Assembly: GCF_018350175.1 (NCBI RefSeq)
Contig: NC_058379.1
Coordinates: 15,066,001 to 15,130,000, forward strand
Direction of reading: 5' to 3'
Length of the DNA: 64,000 bases
From: Felis catus
Lineage: Eukaryota
In this document: in pieces, positions 59,380 through 64,000 of the stretch
Layout of the letters: each line of letters starts with the position of its first letter
Numbering within the stretch: position 1 is the stretch's first letter
Program-made: the position numbers and the translations under genes
Notes under the pieces: model-generated
Seen by the model: only the letters and a program-made list of their open reading frames with translations
What the model was told of the DNA's origin: nothing
Databases searched by the model: none

Positions 59380-60230
59380 ATGTTCATTCATTCATTTACT
59401 AATTGATTAAGCAAATATTTACTGGGTATCTGCTATGTGCCAAGAACTGTTCCAGGAAATGAGAACAAGACAGCCATTGCCTGTATCCTTGAACACCTGG
59501 TGGAAAGCTGCACAGAGAGACAAGAGACAAGTAAATATGTGGTTATATACAATGTTGGGTGGTGGTAAGCACTGGGAAAAAATAGAAAGCAGGATAAAGG
59601 GTGTTGTAGACATGGAGATGTGCCACCCACGTCTCCCATCGAGGAAGGACTTGCTGAGCAGCTGCAGGGAGAGTGCTCAGCAGATAGCCCCCACCTGTTC
59701 CTCCTCAGGGTCTGCCTGAGCTGCAGAGAGCCACCTTGCCCAAGCTCACACATTCCCCAGGGCAACCTGCATCCCGTGCCTCAGTGAGGTGTGGGGTCCA
59801 AAAGGCCTGGCCATTGCCTCCTGACTCCAGACGCACTGGTGGGCGATATTGCTCACAGAACTTGTCATCCGGGTGGATGAAGCTATGTTGAACTGATGTC
59901 ATAGTTTCTCTTCCGTCTTTTATCCACACCTGCTTTCCCCTCTACACGACACACTCCATCTCTGTGTTTGCTTTAGGAGAATCCAACACGTGACAAGGTG
60001 ATGGAGTGTCATGGCAGGGGAGGGGCTTGAAAATTTGGATAAGGTGAGTAGGGAAGTCCTGTCTGAGAAGGTGACATTTGAGCAGAGGCAGGAGGTTGAG
60101 GGGTCAGCTGTGTAAAAATCTGGAGGAACAGTGTTTCAGGCAGAAGGAACAGCAAGTCAGAAGCCCTGAGATAGGAATATACTTGGCACATTTGCGCATC
60201 ATCAGCAAGGCAGGCTTGTGGGCTGAAGCC
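59380..60230 (-). mobile_element. LINE-2 3' region split by an LTR16C-like LTR
   Basis: 'ttcattcattcatttac...caaatatttactgggtatctgctatgtgccaag' ... 'gggaagtcctgtctgagaaggtgacatttgagcagag'. Confidence 0.75.
59602..59997 (+). mobile_element. ERVL solo LTR, LTR16C-like, full length
   Basis: 'gaggaaggacttgctgagcagctgcagggagag...cagggtctgcctgagctgcagagagccacc...catctctgtgtttgctttaggagaatccaacacgtgaca'. Confidence 0.8.
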
Positions 60231-60291
60231 CAGTCATAAGGACAGCCATTGATAATGCAGCAGGAGAGGCAGTCAGCAGTCCCATACTGCT

Positions 60292-60335
60292 GTCCCATAG
60301 AGATGTGGGGACAGTCCCATAGAGATGTGGGGACA
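60292..60335. repeat. Perfect 22-bp tandem duplication
   Basis: gtcccatagagatgtggggaca twice (60292-60313, 60314-60335). Confidence 0.95.
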
Positions 60336-62127
60336 TCTCTACTCTGTGTCCCTTGTACCAGTACATAGTAGGTCCTGAATAAATGTCTATTGAGCCTAGC
60401 TGGGCTGTCTGTCATTCCAGCTCCTCTCCTCTCTCCATGTGTGATCTGGGACAAGTAGTTACTCAACCTTTTTGTGCCTCAGTTTCCCTGCCTGTAATCA
60501 GTGGCAAAGGCGGGACCCTTGAGCTCTGGTTTAGAGCTTTTGTTACCATACCGTTTTCTCTTCTTACATTCCCTTCTTCTCTCTCCTCTCTTCCTCCAGG
60601 GATCTGGAGCACACCTGGTCCCACCCCCAGCTTCTCAACAGATGGCTCCCACTAGAAGGGCGGTTGCTCTTGGCAGCTCGTCCCCATATCCCAGAGCCCC
60701 TGAGCTCAGAAGCAGCCATACCGGGGTGGTGGGTGGGTGGGTGGGTGGGGGGCGGTGGCAGAGTCGAGAGAGAGTTAGATTTCTCTCCTCTGATAATAAA
60801 CCCGATTAAGGCATCCTCGCACCCATGGGGCAGGGTGCTCCTTTGGTGGGCCTTATTGCTTTGATAAAAGCTGCAATATCTGAAAATTGTCTCCGGCACC
60901 CGAGAACTCCCATTTTATGACTTGCACGTGCCTGGGATAAATTGCTTTTGCTGCTTTGTTATATATAATTCAGGTCCTTATGGATGCTAGTGGGATGCAT
61001 AGTGCTCTCCTGTAATGATTTATTCATTTGGGAGAAGCAGAGTGCACCCACTGGGTTCTGCCCAGCCCGCCTGACAGCTCGGAGGGTTGGCACTGCAGGC
61101 ACGTGTTGGATTTGTCTTCAGAGAGGAGCTGATTTGGGCTGTTTGGCTTTCCTGGAAAGCAGACCTGGCTGCGTGAGGACCCCTTGTCAGTATGAAGCTT
61201 CCTCTAAGGATGTGGCTGGCTGAGCTAGGGGCTTTGCGGGGGTAATTTCAAGCTTCCTCACCACTACCGTGGGGATATGCTCATATGCTCACTTTACAGA
61301 TGAGGAAGCAAGGTCAGGGAACTTATGTGACTTGCCTAAGGTCGCTGGCCAAGCAGGTGAAGGTCTTTTCCTAACAGATGGGTCAGCTTCATTTTGCCCA
61401 CTTGTGCCTGAGCCAGGTGCTTAACACACACGGATTCATATCCTCTGCAGCATCCACCTGTGGGATACAAGTGATCCACTTCCCCATTTTATAAATGGGG
61501 AGGGGACTAGAAATGGAAAGTCTGGGATTTTAACATAGGTCAACATTCATTCATTCATTCATTCATTCGCCATTCATTCATTTATCCCTCTGTGCTTCAG
61601 TTCCCTCATTTGTCAGTTGGGAGGAATATCAGTACTTACCTTGTGGGGTCATCGTGAGGATTAAATGAGGTATGGGGAAAACGAGTTCTCATGCACAAAA
61701 CGCATTGAACAGTGGCCCACAGACAGATGGGCAGGAAATTTTAGCTGCAATGGTAAAGATTTTATCATTCACTTATTCTTTCATTCCACAAGTGTTTTTA
61801 AGTAGCCCACTGTCTGCAGGATGTCTCCTAGATGCCCTGCGCTCACGGGCTTGTTTTTGATCTCGCCATTATCTGCATCTCACAGATGGGGAAATGGCTC
61901 AGAGACGTGAACAGTTTGGTGGTGCTCCCCAAGCGGGAGGTGAGTGAGTTTTAATTTCCAAAATAGGTCAGCATGCATTCGTTCATGTATTTTGTGTGGG
62001 CTAGGCACTTCGTGTATTTCTGTTGACTTACATGCATGAATGAATACAAGGATGTATCAGCTTGGTTCCTGTCCTCAAGACACGTATGATCTTTTGTGTA
62101 GGATATAGGCAAGTAAACAGGAAATGA

Positions 62128-63223
62128 CTGTATTTGGTGAATTTGAAGATGCATGTTTTCTTGTTTTTTGTTTTTTGTTTTTTCACATATTAACCTCTCT
62201 GAGATCTAGATGGATCTTAAGTTCAATGGTGTAAAATCACTGTTGACCAGCAGCAGTCAGGGTGAGGTGAGCCTTGCCTGGAGATAGCAGTGGGGCTATA
62301 TCTTTTAAGAATTCTTGCATCTCTTATGTGCTTAATGGCACAGGGGATGATATCTTACAGGAGAACTTGGACTTTGGCAACCATGATTGAAAAAAAAATG
62401 GTTTAGAAGGTCTGGACTTTATATTGAAGACATTTTTTAAAAAATATTTTAGCCAATATACTTTGCTTCTGTTTTTTTTTTAAGTATGTGCCAGCATGAT
62501 ATGTGATAAAACATTCATGTCTCAATAAGTCTAAAAGCACTTTTTAAAGGAGTAGAAAGAAAGGTTCTCAGTGATAAGAAAGCACTGTGACTCTTAGGTA
62601 TAGACCCAAGAGAAATGAAAACGTGTCTGCATAGAAGCATGTACACCAATGTTTATAAACAGCATTATTCACAATCAACCCCCATGTCCATCAACTGTTG
62701 AATGGATAAATAAAATGTGCTCTCTCCCTACAATGGAATATTATTTTGCCCATAAAAAGGAATAAAGTTCTGGTACCTGCTATAGTGTGGAGGACCCTTG
62801 AAAATGTTATGCTAAGTGAAAGAAACCAGCCATGTAAGCCAACATATTATATGGTTCCTTTCATATCAAAAATAGAGAATAGAGAAATAGAATAGAGAAA
62901 CAGAGAAATCTGTAGAGACAGAAAGAAGATTACTGGTTGCTTACGACCAGATAGGGGTGAAGGGGTAGAGGGAAGGGGGTGCTAGCTAATGGGTTTCCTT
63001 TAGAGGTGATGAAAATGATCTAACATCCACTGTGGTGATGGTCGCACAGGTGTGTGACTGTACTAAAACCCATTGAATTGTACACCTTCAGTGGGCTACT
63101 TGTATGGCATGTGGATTATATCTTAGCAAAGCTGTTAATGAGAAAAAGGGAAAAGCATCATGCCACAGTCTTTCGTAGGGTTGCACACAATGATGATGGT
63201 GGCTTAGATTTGATGAAATGTGG
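62128..63223 (+). mobile_element. TcMar-Tc2 (Kanga1/MER104-like) DNA transposon deletion derivative, split by an L1MB
   Basis: Termini 'ctgtatttggtgaatttgaagatgcatg' and 'cttagatttgatgaaatgtgg|ta'; transposase C-terminal remnant FKNSCISYVLNGTGDDILQEN at 62304-62366. Confidence 0.7.
62591..63154 (+). mobile_element. L1MB-type 3' end
   Basis: 'ctcttaggtatagacccaagagaaatgaaaac...gaatggataaataaaatgtg...gaaaatgttatgctaagtgaaagaaaccag...cattgaattgtacacc'; TSD-like aaagca(ct/tc)(g/a)tg. Confidence 0.85.
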
Positions 63224-63671
63224 TATAACCTCATGTGGTCAGTGTTACATCGGGGGGTTGAGTTGGGGCTGTGGAGGTGCTGAGAAGGCAACGGGGCTCA
63301 GCTGGGGGAGCAGGGAAGGCCTCCTGTGGGCGGTGGTGGTGGTGATGGTGATGCCAGCACCAAGCCTGTGAGGATAACTAGGGGAGAGGAGGCAGTGATC
63401 CGGGCACATACAATGGCTGGGAGGTGGGACTCCATCCTTTTCTTCAGGGACATGGCTTTTTCCCAGTGCAGATGCCTGTCCCCGACCCCTGGGGCTGGGA
63501 GGGTCATAGAGGTGAGTAAGTTGTGGTCTGTGCTTTCCAGGCATTTATGTTCTGGTACTGAAGATAAAGCACATACACCCAGTCTCCCTGGTCACCCTCA
63601 GTAAATGGCTCATCAGCATGTTCAGGGAAGAATAGAGAGAAGGTGGCTAGAGAGTCCCTTCTCACTGAGAT

Positions 63672-63728
63672 TTTATTTATTTACATTTTTTATTTTATTT
63701 TAGAGAGAGCACATGAGCAGGGGAGAGG

Positions 63729-63768
<40 letters not shown>

Positions 63769-63891
63769 CTTAAGCAGGTTCCACACTCAGCTCAGAGCCC
63801 AATGTGGGGCTCAATCCCATAACCCTGGCATCATGACTTTAGCTGAAACCAAGAGTTGGATGCTCAACTGACTGAGCCACCCAGGAGCCCC
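63672..63891 (-). mobile_element. Can-SINE
   Basis: TSD ctgag(a/g)tttta; (GA)n expansion. Confidence 0.93.
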
Positions 63892-64000
63892 TGGCTGAGG
63901 TTTTAAAATAAGGAGGAGTGGTAAAGGCAGACCATTTCCACGCTGCTGGTGGGAGAGTAAGTGACACAGCCTTTCCAGAGGGCAGGTAATTTGGTAGGGG

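Noticed and set aside
60630-60665. CTCF-like strings 'tcaacagatggctc' and 'ccactagaagggcg'
   Set aside because: Each deviates from the CCASYAGRKGGCRS core at key positions or needs a gap; not supportable without a PWM scan or ChIP data.
1-64000. The roughly 250 short ORFs (60-180 aa) in the supplied track as protein-coding genes
   Set aside because: Apart from the H3.3 and L1 ORF2 remnants, none resembles a protein family I recognise. Most overlap SINEs, LTRs or microsatellites, and their lengths are what chance gives in mammalian DNA.

Overview
This is mammalian genomic DNA from a cat-family (felid) genome, identified by about 31 tRNA-derived Can-SINEs, many of the felid SINEC_Fc type. Five N-gaps (13567-13699, 14051-14193, 14213-14388, 15002-15135, 33961-34109) suggest a gapped short-read assembly. 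I find no intact protein-coding gene, RNA gene or CRISPR array. The window reads as gene-poor intergenic or deep-intronic DNA dominated by transposon fossils: MIR, L2, L1, MaLR/ERVL LTRs, and hAT and TcMar DNA elements. The one clearly recognisable gene-derived sequence is a near-full-length, disabled processed pseudogene of histone H3.3 (H3F3A) on the minus strand (about 41553-42373). It carries its 5'UTR, CDS, 3'UTR, poly(A) remnant and a 15-bp target-site duplication, and sits inside an old L1. Other points of interest are several repeat-free islands with clustered transcription-factor motifs (best: about 7380-7630, 53500-53610 and 60770-60990), an orphan L1 5'UTR, nested and inverted transposon structures, and one well-formed 78-nt candidate exon. 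I cannot support a novel biological system from this sequence. Repeat family names come from recalled consensus sequences, not a database search, and boundaries are approximate (about +/-10-30 bp) unless a TSD is quoted.
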